Assembly (NCBI RefSeq): GCF_006345805.1
Contig: NW_021833782.1
Span: 1 to 55,820, forward strand
DNA: 55,820 bases
Source of the DNA: Octopus sinensis
Taxonomy: Eukaryota
Direction of reading: 5' to 3'
Positions 36,040 through 47,608 of the stretch are shown piece by piece (position 1 is the stretch's first letter; each line of letters begins with the position of its first letter). The translations under genes and the position numbers were made by a program. The notes below the pieces were generated by a model, which saw only the letters and a list, made by a program, of their open reading frames with translations, made no database searches and was not told where the DNA came from.

Positions 36040-36645
36040 TGATACATACGTACGTACATACACACATACACACTCACACATACATACATGCATACATACA
36101 TATATACATACATACATACATAATTGCATACATACATACATACATACATACATTCGTACATATCTACATGCATACATACATACATACATACATACCTACA
36201 TACATACATACATACATTCGTACATACATACATACATACATACATACATTCGTACATACATACATACATACATACCTACATACATACATACATACATACA
36301 TACATACATACATACATTCGTACATACATACATACATACATACGTACATACATACGTACATACATACATACATACCTACATACCTACATACACATACATT
36401 CGTACATACATACATACATACATACATACACATACATACATACATACCTACATACATACCTACATACATACATACATGCATACATACATACATACATACA
36501 TACATACATACATTCGTATGCATGCATGCATGCATACATACATACATTCGTACATACATACATACATTCGTACATACATACATACATACATACATACATA
36601 CATACATACATTCGTATGCATGCATGCATACATACATACATATAT
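36040..36645. repeat. (CATA)n microsatellite
   Basis: Direct inspection. Confidence 0.95.
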
Positions 36646-36959
36646 AAATTCGTTCATATGTGCATACATAATTGTGATGGCAATCCCTCAAGATCGAGGA
36701 TGATGGTCTTCGCGCAAATTTACATACACAATTACACATGCACGCAACAGAATCTCAAATAGACAAATGGAACATGGGTCCAATAACGGACAATCTCATC
36801 ATCCATTGACCAAAGCAATGAAAATTCTTTGAAAACATAAAATAAATAATTAAATGACTGGAAATGGAACTGGTGAGTGTCTTTGTTGGCTGTATGACCC
36901 TCCCCAGACACAACAAACTAAATATAATTAAGGAAATAAATTTCTTGATTTAAAAATGA

Positions 36960-37515
36960 TAATTCATTATCGTGGAACCCCTATCTTGCCCAGGACATCA
37001 ATCGTCTGGAAGCTGTTCAGCGACGTGCAACCAAAAGAATACCCTCCATCAGGCATTTGCCATATCCTGAACACCTTACTTCCCTGGGCATGGACCACAT
37101 TGAAACTCCGACGTCTGGCAGCTGACCTGGCAGACACCCATAAAATTATCAACCATCGCACAAACAATAAACTGAGCACCTCTTCAAACTCCACCATCTA
37201 ACACCCGTGGACATATTTACAAAGTAAGAAAACAGCACACAGCTCCCATGACTTTAGGAAAACATTTTTCACGCTGAGAGTTGTTGAAGATGGAACAAAC
37301 TGCCGGCATCAGTTGTTACTTGTCGGAGCACTGCATCCTTCAAAACTTCCATGCTTATGAGATTCGCCAACACTACACCTGATTTTCTCCCCTCCATACA
37401 CACACAAGCTGTTCACTTTCCAGACAATTTCTACATTACTGCATTACTTTATATGCACTTTCTGAAAGTTGTGGTGCACCTGAGCACTGTATACAATAAT
37501 TTCATTATTATTATT
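36960..37515 (+). mobile_element. CR1-type LINE 3' end
   Basis: ...LEAVQRRATKRIPSIRHLPYPEHL... and FTLRVVE remnants. 3' end gtggtgcacctgagcactgtatacaataatttc(att)n is shared with 7390-7775. Confidence 0.85.
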
Positions 37516-37559
37516 ATTAGTTCTTTTGTGTCATTAACCGATTTTTAATGAAGAATATT

Positions 37560-37780
37560 TGCGCGAAAACACCTAAAGCTCCACGAGGCTCTGGTAGGGG
37601 GGGGTGGCGATCCCTGTTGTACTTTTTCGCCCCAACTTTCTCTCACTCTCTCTTCCTGTTTCTTGAGTAACGCTGCGATGGACTGGCATCCTGTCCAGCT
37701 GGGGGGAACACATACGCCATAGAAACCGGGAAACTGGGCCCATGACCCTGGCTAGGCTTGAAAAGGGCATATAAATAAAA
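37560..37780 (+). mobile_element. 5'-truncated SINE-D/E
   Basis: gcgaaaacacctaaagctccacgaggct... body and ctgcgatggactggc...gaaactgggcccatga...aaaagggcat tail. Confidence 0.7.
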
Positions 37781-37966
37781 ATAAAAAAATAATTTGAGAA
37801 TATTTGACTGTTATCTCTAGCAGGTCGAGCAGACCACATAGAAGCTCCCTCCACCATCTGCTTGCATCTTTATTGTGTTTAATGAAGACCACACCACTTT
37901 TCTTTTCCCTTTTCCTATTTAAAAAAAATTTTGTTTTTTATTTATTTATTTTTGTCTTTGCAATAG

Positions 37967-38422
37967 GTCAGTGGTAAACGGTTTTGGGGACTCTTCAAAT
38001 TTCTTTGTGGGACCCCAGAAGTATTCTTCAAAGACTGTTATGTATACAACTTCTGCCCACTTCAGTTCATGAAGACTTCGGCCAGAAACGTCTCACCGGG
38101 CAAACTAAAAATCACAGAACGCAAACAGCTAATAGCAGCATGCAACCATGCTTTCCTGCAGGTAGTACAGTTGTTACAGGTGAAGCTCGTTATCGGTGTA
38201 GGCAACTTTGCCAGCGAGAACGCATCAAAAGCGGTCAAAGGCTTACAGCAGGACCTTTTCTCCCAGCTTCGTATTGAGACCCTCATGCATCCGAGTCCAG
38301 CTAACCCGTCTGCCAACAAGAACTGGCCAAGTTATGCAGTGAATAGATTGAAAGAAATTGGTATTATGAGTTACACAGACTGGAAAATATCCGATGGCCA
38401 AGTAATTGACTCACAAGGATAA
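37967..38422 (+). CDS. SMUG1: SMUG1 coding exon 3 (151 codons + stop, includes motif B HPSP)
   Basis: Acceptor tttgtctttgcaatag ends at 37966. Encodes VSGKRFWGLFKFLCGTPEVFFKDCYVYNFCPLQF...VIGVGNF...LMHPSPANPSANKNW...DSQG-stop, in frame with supplied ORF 38069-38422. Confidence 0.96.
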   Translation, partial: VSGKRFWGLFKFLCGTPEVFFKDCYVYNFCPLQFMKTSARNVSPGKLKITERKQLIAACNHAFLQVVQLLQVKLVIGVGNFASENASKAVKGLQQDLFSQLRIETLMHPSPANPSANKNWPSYAVNRLKEIGIMSYTDWKISDGQVIDSQG

Positions 38423-38562
38423 TTTTTTATGTTTTATTGGTTTAATGTCTAATTTTTCCACATTCTGAGTGTTTTTTTTTTTGCTCATCATCATCAAGTG
38501 AATAGTACACCATGTGTGTTTATATATGTGTGTGTTTGTGTATGTGTGTGTGTGTGTGTGTG

Positions 38563-38633
<71 letters not shown>

Positions 38634-38689
38634 TCGTGATCACCATGACCAACCAGGCTGTCAATGTTGCTACACATTGCTGGTCACAA

Positions 38690-38904
38690 TGCGCTTTGCA
38701 TTGTTTTAGCCTTCAAATGACGCGAAAGAGTGAGAGAAAGTTGTGGTGTAAGAGTACAGCAGGGATCACTACCATCCCCTGCCGGAGCCTCGTGGAGCTT
38801 TAGGTGTTTTCGCTCAATAAACACTCACAACGCCCGGTCTGGGAATCGAAACCGTGATCCTACAATTGCGAGTCCACTGCCCTAACCACTGGGCCATTGC
38901 ACCT

Positions 38905-38907
<3 letters not shown>
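38690..38907 (-). mobile_element. SINE-E (tRNA head) antisense
   Basis: Minus strand gtggaggtgcaatggcccagtggttaggg...ggtttcgattccc...gagcgaaaacacctaaagctccacgagg. Confidence 0.75.
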
Positions 38908-38943
<36 letters not shown>

Positions 38944-39029
38944 AACACACACACACACACACACACACATATTTATATATATTATATATATATAATATAT
39001 ATTTTATATATAGATATATATATATATAT

Positions 39030-39432
39030 ATACTCTTTTACTCTTTTACTTGTTTCAGTCATTTGACTGCGGCCATGCTGGAGCACCGCCTCTAGTCAAG
39101 CAAATCGATCCCGGGACTTATTCTTTGTAAGCCCCGTACTTATTCTATTGGTCTCTTTTGCCGAACCGCTAAGTGACGGGGACGTAAACACACCAGCATC
39201 GGTTGTCAGACAATGCTAGGGGGACAAACACAAACACACAAACATATACACACACACACATATATATATACATATATACGACAGGCTTCTTTCAGTTTCC
39301 GTCTACCAAATCAACTCACAAGGCATTGGTCGGCCCGGGGCTATAGCAGAAGACACTTGCCCAAGATGCCACGCAGTGGGACTGAACCCGGAACCATGTG
39401 GTTGGTTAGCAAGCTACTTACCACACAGCCAC
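39030..39432 (-). mobile_element. SINE-A
   Basis: Full-length family copy. Confidence 0.85.
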
Positions 39433-39464
39433 ATATATAATATATATATAATATATATATAATA

Positions 39465-39718
39465 ATAAATGTGCCCTTTTAAAGGCTAGCCGGGCTCATG
39501 GGCCCAGTTTCCTAGTTTCCATGGCGTATGTGTTCCCCAGCTGGATGGGACACCAGTCCATCGCAGCGTTACTCATTTTTGCCGGCTGAGTGGACTGGAG
39601 AAATGTGAAAAGGAAGTGTTTTGCTCAAGAACACAACGCATCGCCCGATCCAGGAATTGAAACCGCAATGTTACGATCATGATGCTGACACCCTAACCAC
39701 TAAGCCACGTGCCTCCAC
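39465..39718 (-). mobile_element. SINE-D (tRNA head) antisense
   Basis: Minus strand gtggaggcacgtggcttagtggttaggg...ggtttcaattcc...ctgcgatggactgg...aaaagggcacattt. A truncated copy lies at ~52118-52292. Confidence 0.75.
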
Positions 39719-39810
39719 ACACACATATTTTATATGCATAGAATAATATGCTATATGTATGTATGCTATTATAATTATCAGTTTAATAAATAAATAAGTT
39801 AACGTTTTTA

Positions 39811-42800
39811 ATGTCCTAAGATGAACCAACTATTGTTCCTCTCCGTTTTCTTATTTGCAATACAACAAGAGGCAGCAGCAGCAACAACATCAACAACAAC
39901 AACAGAAACAACAACAGCACGAAACACCAAAGGCTGCGACACCACCACGACGAACGACACCACCTCCAACAACAACCACCAAACCAACATCAACCCCAGC
40001 ACCAAGAAAAACGACAACAAAAAAACAAGGAGAAACACCAACACCGTCATCATCACCAATGGACACAGCAACACCACTGCTACCAGCAGAACCAACAGAA
40101 ATCTTTCGCCCTGCTGATGAAGCGGACCCGACAGCCATCCCCTTTCCGGATCAGGACAGCTCAGATTGTGTGAGCACTGATACCGAGAAAGGGGAATGAC
40201 ACACAGTGCCTCCAAATTAGAAAAGGAGGAAAAAACAAAAGGACACACAGGGGAAGCACGAACAAATAGTGCTTCCCAACATCAAGAAGAAGAACAACAA
40301 CAACAACACTTTCGACACCACTACTGCCACTGCCACACACACCAACACCAACAGACATGATTACAGCAATAAACACAAAAAATGAAAAACTAGTTACATA
40401 TCTAAAAGACAATACAAGTACACAAATTGAAGATTTCATTATACCAACACACAACACACCAACACACAACACACCAACACACAACACATTCTCACAATAA
40501 AAATCAATCAAAAAACATATAGTGAAATAAAACAAATATTCCCTAACGATGTCGGATCGCTAGGGAAAAGTTTCTCAAAGAAACTTTATAAAAATATAAT
40601 TGAAGCACTCGTGCAAAAGCACAGAGGAGCCACCCCCACCACCAACAACAGTAAGTAGAGCCTTTTTCTCCTTTTATTTTTCTTTCCACCTTTGAAACAT
40701 GGCAAAACTTAGAATCGGTTGCTTGAATGTGAGAGGCCTTGGGTCACCTTGGAAACAGGGTCACCTGTTAAACGACCTGAGGTTTCATCATGATTGGATG
40801 TAGCAAGCCTCAGTGAAACCAGGCTCTCCGACCCACAGGAACTCGCAGCCCTTTTCGGCGGATACGAGATATTTCTATCGCCGTGTCGGCCGGGAGCGGG
40901 CGGTGGTGGTACTGCGGTGTTGTTTCGGAAGGGCCTGGGCTTTGAAAATAAGGACAATCTTCCTGGATCCGGAAGGTAAGTTGGTGGTCCTCGATGTAGA
41001 TAGTAGTGACGGCGGTGCTTTCAGACTGCTGGCTGCCTACGCTCCGACAGGAGCAGGGCAGTCGGATTATTTCAAACGTCTGGAAGTTTTCCTGGGAACG
41101 TCACGCACTCTAGTGCTAGTTGGGGATTGGAACGCTGTCTTAGACGAACGTTTCGATCAGGTGGGCAGGGGAGCGTCTGATAGGAGAGGAGGGTGCAAGA
41201 GCCTCGCCAACCTACTCGGACACTTTCAGCTCTCCGACAGGTTTCGACTAGACAACCCGAATGTGCCAATGTGGACTTGGACCAATTGCATCGAGTCGTC
41301 TAGATCGTACTTAGATAGAGTGTTTTGTAGGCCAGTGGATAAGGACAGCATAGGGTGTCCACAATTCCACCTAGTCGACTACACGGACCACGAATTCGTG
41401 ATCTGTACGGTCGACAGATAGGCTACATAGACAGGGACCCGGATACTGGAAGCTGAACGTGTCATTAACGACGTGCAAAGCTTACAGAGACCGGATTAGT
41501 TTACTAGTTAAGCGGGCGCTCACGGGGGCAATCATCAACAACAACTGGTGGTTTGCCCTCAAGAGAGCAATTAGAGTAGAGTTGATTAGGTTTAGTAAGA
41601 CTCTAGCTATTGAACGTAGGAAGAGAGAGCGGGATTTAGTTAAGAAACTAGACGAGGCTCTTGAGACTGGCATCGCGACCGACGTGTTGGCGGCAAGGTT
41701 GGCCCTCGACCAACACTTTGACGCCAAACACGAAGGCTGCATTGTCAGAGCTAAGGCACGTTCGCTAAGCGGGGAGGGGACTAGAGCCGCTCGATGGACC
41801 AGCGTGGCAGAGGCGAAGCGAGGTAACAAAGCAACCATTCGGTCTTTGGTGGACCAGAACGGGCGTGAGGTTACCGAACCGAAGCAGATGTGTACGGTGT
41901 TTCAGCGGCACTTTGCTCAACTGTTTGGGACAAGCGGTGGAACGCACAATGGTGCAGACTTCGGTGTGTACCTGGACGGCCTACCGCAACTCTCAGACAG
42001 TGAGGCAGAGTGCTGCAAAGGACCGATATCTGCCTGGGAAGTGGAGGAAGCAATGAAGAGTTGCACGAGAGGTAGATCGCTGGGTTTGGATGGTCTGTCC
42101 TACGAGCTTTACACTTCAATGCCAGACTTGTTTGCGGGCCTGGCAGCAAAACGGGAGAATTCCTGCTTTTGTCTGTCGAGGGGTGGTGGCTTTGCTAAAA
42201 AAGGACCCAAACAAGGGGGACATTATAGGGAATTTTCGGCCCATCACTCTGCTCAATGCAGAGTTGAAGATTTTGGCCAAGGTGCTAGCCAAGAGATTGG
42301 CGCTTGTCGTGGACAAGCTGGTTGGCAAGACGCAGACATGCGCCGTGCCGACCAGGTCGATACATGACAACCTCCATCTAATGCGCTACATCATAGAGAG
42401 GGTGGGTAACGACGCTGGCGCGGGTGGGGCTTTGATCAACTGAGATCAGAGTAAAGCCTTCGATAGGGTCGACCATCGGTACCTGGCAGCTGTTCTCAAG
42501 GCAGCCGGCTTTGGTCCAGTCTTCCGCGGTTGGATCGCTGCTTTATACAGCAACATCTGCTCGATGATACGAGTGAACGGTCACCTTTCGGAACCGTTTG
42601 ACATCTCGCGTTCGGTCTGCCAAGGATGCCCTCTCTCCTTCCTCTTGTACATATTGACTCTCGAGCCATTACTGCGCAAGTTGGAGGCTTTGAGGGGTAT
42701 CCTGCGCGATCTAGGAGGCGGAAACAGCGTGTCTGCCTATGCTGACGACGTTACCGTGATGGTGTCGATCCACAGGCACATTGGCCTGATTGGCGAGACA

Positions 42801-44362
42801 CTAAACGAGTACGAAGCGGTGACAGGGGCAAAGATTAACGCGGAAAAGTCTGTGGGCTTGCAAACTGGGCACCTGGAGAGGCAAGCCCATGCCGTCCAAC
42901 AGTGTCATAGGGCGCTGGACAGACGGACCCGTTAAACTGCTCGGGGTCTGGTTCGGTCCGGACCTCCAGGTGGATAAAAACTGGGAAGAAGTGACGAGCA
43001 GGGTGGCACGTCTCACCCAGAATGGGCCGAGAGGAAGCTGTCCCTGAAAGGTCGAGCGGAAGTGGCGAATGCATACATCGCATCCGTCATCTATTACCGC
43101 TAGACCGTCGTCCCTTGTCCCAACTGCTAGTTGGCCAAGCTGGTACGCCTGCTCTTTGACTTTTTGTGGAAGGGTCAGGTGCCACTGGTCAGGTGATCCA
43201 TCTGCTGTCAACGACCGCTAAACGGAGGCCTTGGCATGCTGTGGTTACTGATGCGCAGACATGCGCTCAGGCTGCGACATCTCAAGCATTTCCTAGACGG
43301 TGATCAGGTGTGGTCGTCTTTTGTCAGACGCAACTTTCTGCAGCTCGTCTCTTTGACAGAGCTGCAGACCTGGATCAAATGTAGACCGAGAAAGGGCGCT
43401 TGGCACCTTGAGTGCCGTCAAGCTCTCTCCGCCCCTCCGCCAGGCGGGCAATGCGATCGGTTTTAGTTCCACTCTAGCGTTCTATGAGGGTTAGTGGAGG
43501 AAAAATGCGACGACATTCTCAGGGAAACTCTAGGCGTTGATGATAACGAACTGAGCGGTCTGTTCGGAAGGACTTTCAGGCCGGGGCCAATGGATAATTT
43601 CCAGAGGTCGCTCGCCTGGCAGTGCTACTGAGGGGCTCTACCTGTGCAGGATAAACTCTACCGGCACGGAAGTGCCGTCAGCCGGGCATGCCCGAGGTGT
43701 TGCCAGGACGATGAAACCGTTCTGCACGCACTCGTCCAGTGCCCGAGTATTGCTGAACTATGGGTTTATGTCGAACAGCTACTGTCGCGTATAGGACGGA
43801 TCCGGCCATCAGCCGAATACATAGTGAAGATTGGCCCGCCGACCTCCTTTAACAAGGAGGGCGAGGCCGTTTTCCTCTGCCTAGTGGCTGTGGCTGTGGA
43901 CCCGTTTGAAAGGGCTAAAGTCAGACACTTTACTCTTTGGTCAAGGCCTCATCAACTTTTTCAAGTTTCGTTTGAAAAGGAAGATGAGGTTAGAGAGGAA
44001 AGTGCTGTCCGATAGCAAGTTTTCTGAAAGGTGGATGAATTGTGCGAGAATGGCCAGTATAAATGGACCAATTCTCAGGTTTCGCCTGTGATTGAAAAGG
44101 TTTTATAAAAGGAGAAAGGGGCTCTCTACCCCACTTTTGACCAGGCCTCCGTTGGCTTTTATGGGTTTTTTTCCACCAGGAACCTTTCGAAGCGCCTCCC
44201 CCTATTGGGAGTTTTTCATTGTTATAATCTTTCGTTTTTTAAACAGTTTTTATTCAGATTTTTTTCAAAAACGGACAAAACCCTTTGTAACCTTTCGTCC
44301 TGTTTTGGTCCCTTTATGTTTATTAATCATGTGTGTCAGCCCTTGTGGCCAATAAAAAGAAT
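39811..44362 (+). mobile_element. 5'-truncated, decayed Tx1/L1-clade LINE (ORF1 3' remnant + ORF2 + 3' UTR)
   Basis: Pro/Thr-rich ORF1-like remnant ends TAG at 40656-40658, followed by a 40 nt spacer, ORF2 from ATG 40699, and a 3' UTR ending ...cagcccttgtggccaataaaaagaat. Confidence 0.9.
40699..44091 (+). pseudogene. Disrupted ORF2: APE endonuclease, reverse transcriptase, C-terminal zinc finger
   Basis: MAKLRIGCLNVRGL, SLSETR, LVGDWNAVLD, SYLDRVF, YTDH (APE); FRPITLLNAELKILAK, DQSKAFDRV, QGCPLS, YADD (RT); CPRC..ETVLHALVQC. Many stops and frameshifts. Confidence 0.93.
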
Positions 44363-44364
44363 TA

Positions 44365-44398
<34 letters not shown>

Positions 44399-44415
44399 TA
44401 TTATCATTATTATTA

Positions 44416-44449
<34 letters not shown>

Positions 44450-44601
44450 CATTATTATTATCATTATATTATTATTATTATTATTATCATATTATTATTA
44501 TTATTTATTATCATTATTATTATCATTATTATTTATTATTATTATCATTATTATTATCATTATTATTATCATTATTATTATTATTATTATCATTATTATT
44601 A

Positions 44602-44644
<43 letters not shown>

Positions 44645-44726
44645 TATTATATTATTATTATTATTATCATTATTATTATTATTATTATCATTATTATTAT
44701 TATTATTATCATTATTATTATTATTA

Positions 44727-44757
<31 letters not shown>

Positions 44758-44865
44758 CATTATTATTATTTATTATCATTATTATTATTATTATCATTAT
44801 TAGATTAATTATTATTATTATCATTATTATTATCATTATTATTATTATTATTTATTATCATTATA

Positions 44866-44908
<43 letters not shown>

Positions 44909-45126
44909 CATTATTATTATCATTATTATTATTATTATTATTATCATTATTATTATCATTATTATTATTATTATTATTATTATCATTATTATTATCATTA
45001 TTATTATCATTATTATTATCATTATTATCATTATTATCATTATTATTATTATCATTATTATTATCATTATTATTATTATTATTATCATTATTATTGTTAT
45101 TATTATTATTATTATCATTATTAATA

Positions 45127-45196
<70 letters not shown>

Positions 45197-45207
45197 CATT
45201 ATTATTA

Positions 45208-45244
<37 letters not shown>

Positions 45245-45510
45245 CATTATTATTATCATTATTATTATTATTATTATCATTATTATTATCATTATTATTA
45301 TTATTATTATCATTATTATCATTATTATCATTATTATCATTATTATTATTATTATCATTATTATTATCATTATTATTATTATCATTATTATTATATTATT
45401 ATTATTATTATTTAATCATTATTATTATCATTATTATTATTATTATCATTATTATTATCATTATTATTATCATTATTATTATCATTATTATTATTATATT
45501 ATTATATTAT
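44363..45510. repeat. ~1.1 kb (ATT/ATC)n microsatellite directly after the LINE 3' end
   Basis: Direct inspection. Confidence 0.95.
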
Positions 45511-45599
45511 TTTTATTTATATATATATATATACGTGTGTATGGATGTATGGATGTTTGTGTGAATGTATGTATGTATGGATGTATGTATGTATGTATT

Positions 45600-45830
45600 A
45601 TAAGGTGGGCGGCGGCTGGCCGTAACTACCAACCGTGTAAACGTTACACGGTTATACTTCGCGTATTTTGTTTGTCTTTATGTTTGGAGTTCAAATTCCG
45701 CCGAGGTCGACTTTGGCTTTCATCCTTTGAGAGTCGATAAATTAAGTACCAGTTGCAAACTGGGGTTGATCTAATTGACTGGCCCCCCCCTCCCCTAAAA
45801 TTTCAGGCCTTGTGCCTAGAGTAGAAAAGA
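45600..45830 (+). mobile_element. SINE-B, tail type 1
   Basis: gagttcaaattccgccgaggtcgactttggctttcatcc...aaaatttcaggccttgtgcctagagtagaaaag. Confidence 0.75.
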
Positions 45831-45850
45831 ACATATATATGTCTATATAA

Positions 45851-46285
45851 AGTTAATCCAAACAATAAAGCACAAAAAAACACAACAACGCGAGGACGTG
45901 GAACAAATATAGTATTATTGGACGCTCAGGAAAGAAGGAAAGAAGGAGGGTTTAACGTTTCGAGCGGAGCTCTTCGTCGGAGACATAGGCGAAGGAAAGA
46001 TCCAGAGAAGGGAAGATAGAGGGAAAAAATCACCAACGGTACACACGAGGTCACATATATATATATATATATATATAAAGTTAATCCAAACAAGAAAGCA
46101 CAAAAAACACAACAACGCGAGGACGTGGAACAAATAAAGTATTATTGGACGCTCAGGAAAGAAGGAAAGAAGGAGGGTTTAACGTTTCGAGCGGAGCTCT
46201 TCGTCAGAAACATAGGAGAAGGAAAGATCCAGAGAAGGGAAGACAGAGGAAAGAAAATCGCCAACGGTACACACGAGGTCACATA
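45851..46285 (-). mobile_element. Two tandem ~227 bp Penelope/retrozyme-like units with hammerhead family 2
   Basis: agttaatccaaacaa...gaggtcacata at 45851-46055 and 46079-46285, separated by (TA)n. The units differ by several substitutions. Confidence 0.7.
46177..46211 (-). ncRNA. Minimal type I hammerhead ribozyme, family 2
   Basis: Minus strand: guuu CUGACGA a-gagc-ucc-gcuc GAAAC GUU aaac with palindromic ACGU stem III. The sister copy at 45950-45984 has CCGACGA (core mutated). Confidence 0.7.
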
Positions 46286-46304
46286 TGTCTATATATTTAT
46301 AAAC

Positions 46305-46445
46305 AAAACTGTCCAACAAACAGAAACGGGAAACTCCGAGTAACAGTTTTTTGTGATATTTTTGCTGCTTTTTTATAAAGCATATTACTCTACCTCTCGT
46401 ATTCGAGTACTATTTTTTTTTGCAACTTGTTTCGCATTTATGTAC
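46305..46445 (+). mobile_element. Family-1-related Penelope-like terminus with a destroyed hammerhead core
   Basis: aaaactgt CCAACAA acagaaacgg GAAAC tccga GTA acagtttt: perfect 8 bp stem I and palindromic stem III, but CUGAUGA is lost. Confidence 0.6.
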
Positions 46446-46864
46446 TTACTACTCTTTTTACTCTTTTACTCTTTTACTTGTTTCAGTCATTTGACTGCGG
46501 CCATGCTGGAGCACCGCCTTTAGTCGAGCAAATCGACCCCGGAACTTATTCTTTGTAAGCCCAGTACTTATTCTATCGGTCTCTTTTTGCCGAACCGCTA
46601 AGTGACGGGGACGTAAACACACCAGCATCGGTTGTCAGGCAATGCTAGGGGGACAAACACAGACACACAAACACACATACAATATATATATACATATATA
46701 CGACAGGCTTCTTTCAGTTTCCGTCTACCAAATCCACTCACAAGGCATTGGTCGGCCCGGGGCTATAGCAGAAGACACTTGCCCAAGATGCCACGCAGTG
46801 GGACTGAACCCGGAACCATGTGGTTGGTTAGCAAGCTACTTACCACACAGCCACTCCTGCGCCT
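46445..46864 (-). mobile_element. SINE-A
   Basis: Full-length family copy. Confidence 0.85.
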
Positions 46865-46986
46865 AGTGAAGGATTTAATTAATAGTGCTCTGTCCTTCAA
46901 ACACCACCACAACCACCTGATGCAATTACTGTTTTACTAGAATAAAAGCAGCTGATTTTCTTTTAGCATGTGATGTTGGGTGATAC

Positions 46987-47031
46987 TTGCTACTGATGAA
47001 GCCAAAAGAGGCAGAAACATGTCTACAGCAA
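46987..47031 (+). ncRNA. Minimal type I hammerhead ribozyme, family 3
   Basis: uugcua CUGAUGA a-gcc-aaaaga-ggc-a GAAAC au GUC uacagcaa. Palindromic ACAUGU stem III, GUC site, stem I with a 2 nt bulge. Confidence 0.65.
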
Positions 47032-47558
47032 AACCACCATCGTTGCTGGCCAGTTATCATCTGCTACTGATACATTTCTGTGTTTTTTAACACTATGTGT
47101 CTATAAGAGGATACTATCTCAACATAAATGCCACAGTTTGAATGATATATCTGCCTTGAGTATAATACACAGATTGCTATTTTGAACTATTTCTGATTCT
47201 GTCACTAATAATGAATACTCACACACACACACATATATGTATGTATATGTCTAAATGAATAAATTTTTCATGTTTTTTATGGTTTGTTTATGTCTATTTG
47301 TTTATTTTTATTTTCTGCTGAGTGAGAAAACTTCTTCCTGTCCTTCGACCAGCACCATCACCACCACCACCACTGCCACCACTACCAACTGATGGTGGTG
47401 GTGGTGGTGGTGGGGAGGATGGTGATGGTGATGACTATGACGATGATGTTGGTGTTGATGATAATGATGATGATGACGACGTGGTGGTTGTGGTGGTGGT
47501 GGTGGTGATGATGATGATGAGGAGGATAATGGTGGTGAGGATGGTGATGGTGATGACT

Positions 47559-47608
<50 letters not shown>

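Noticed and set aside
38816-38821. Antisense SINE donating the SMUG1 poly(A) signal (first AATAAA after the stop)
   Set aside because: No downstream GU/U-rich element, and alternatives exist at ~39463 and ~39786. Cannot be decided without 3' end data.
39821-40199. Secreted mucin-like peptide (MNQLLFLSVFLFAIQQEAAAATT...)
   Set aside because: Contiguous with, and most simply explained as, the decayed ORF1 end of the Tx1 element; stops and frameshifts follow.
44363-45510. Tx1 element specifically targeting (ATT)n
   Set aside because: The repeat is only on the 3' side; the 5' junction has no ATT array and no TSD could be defined.
44205-45740. 511 aa poly-Ile ORF
   Set aside because: (ATT)n microsatellite.
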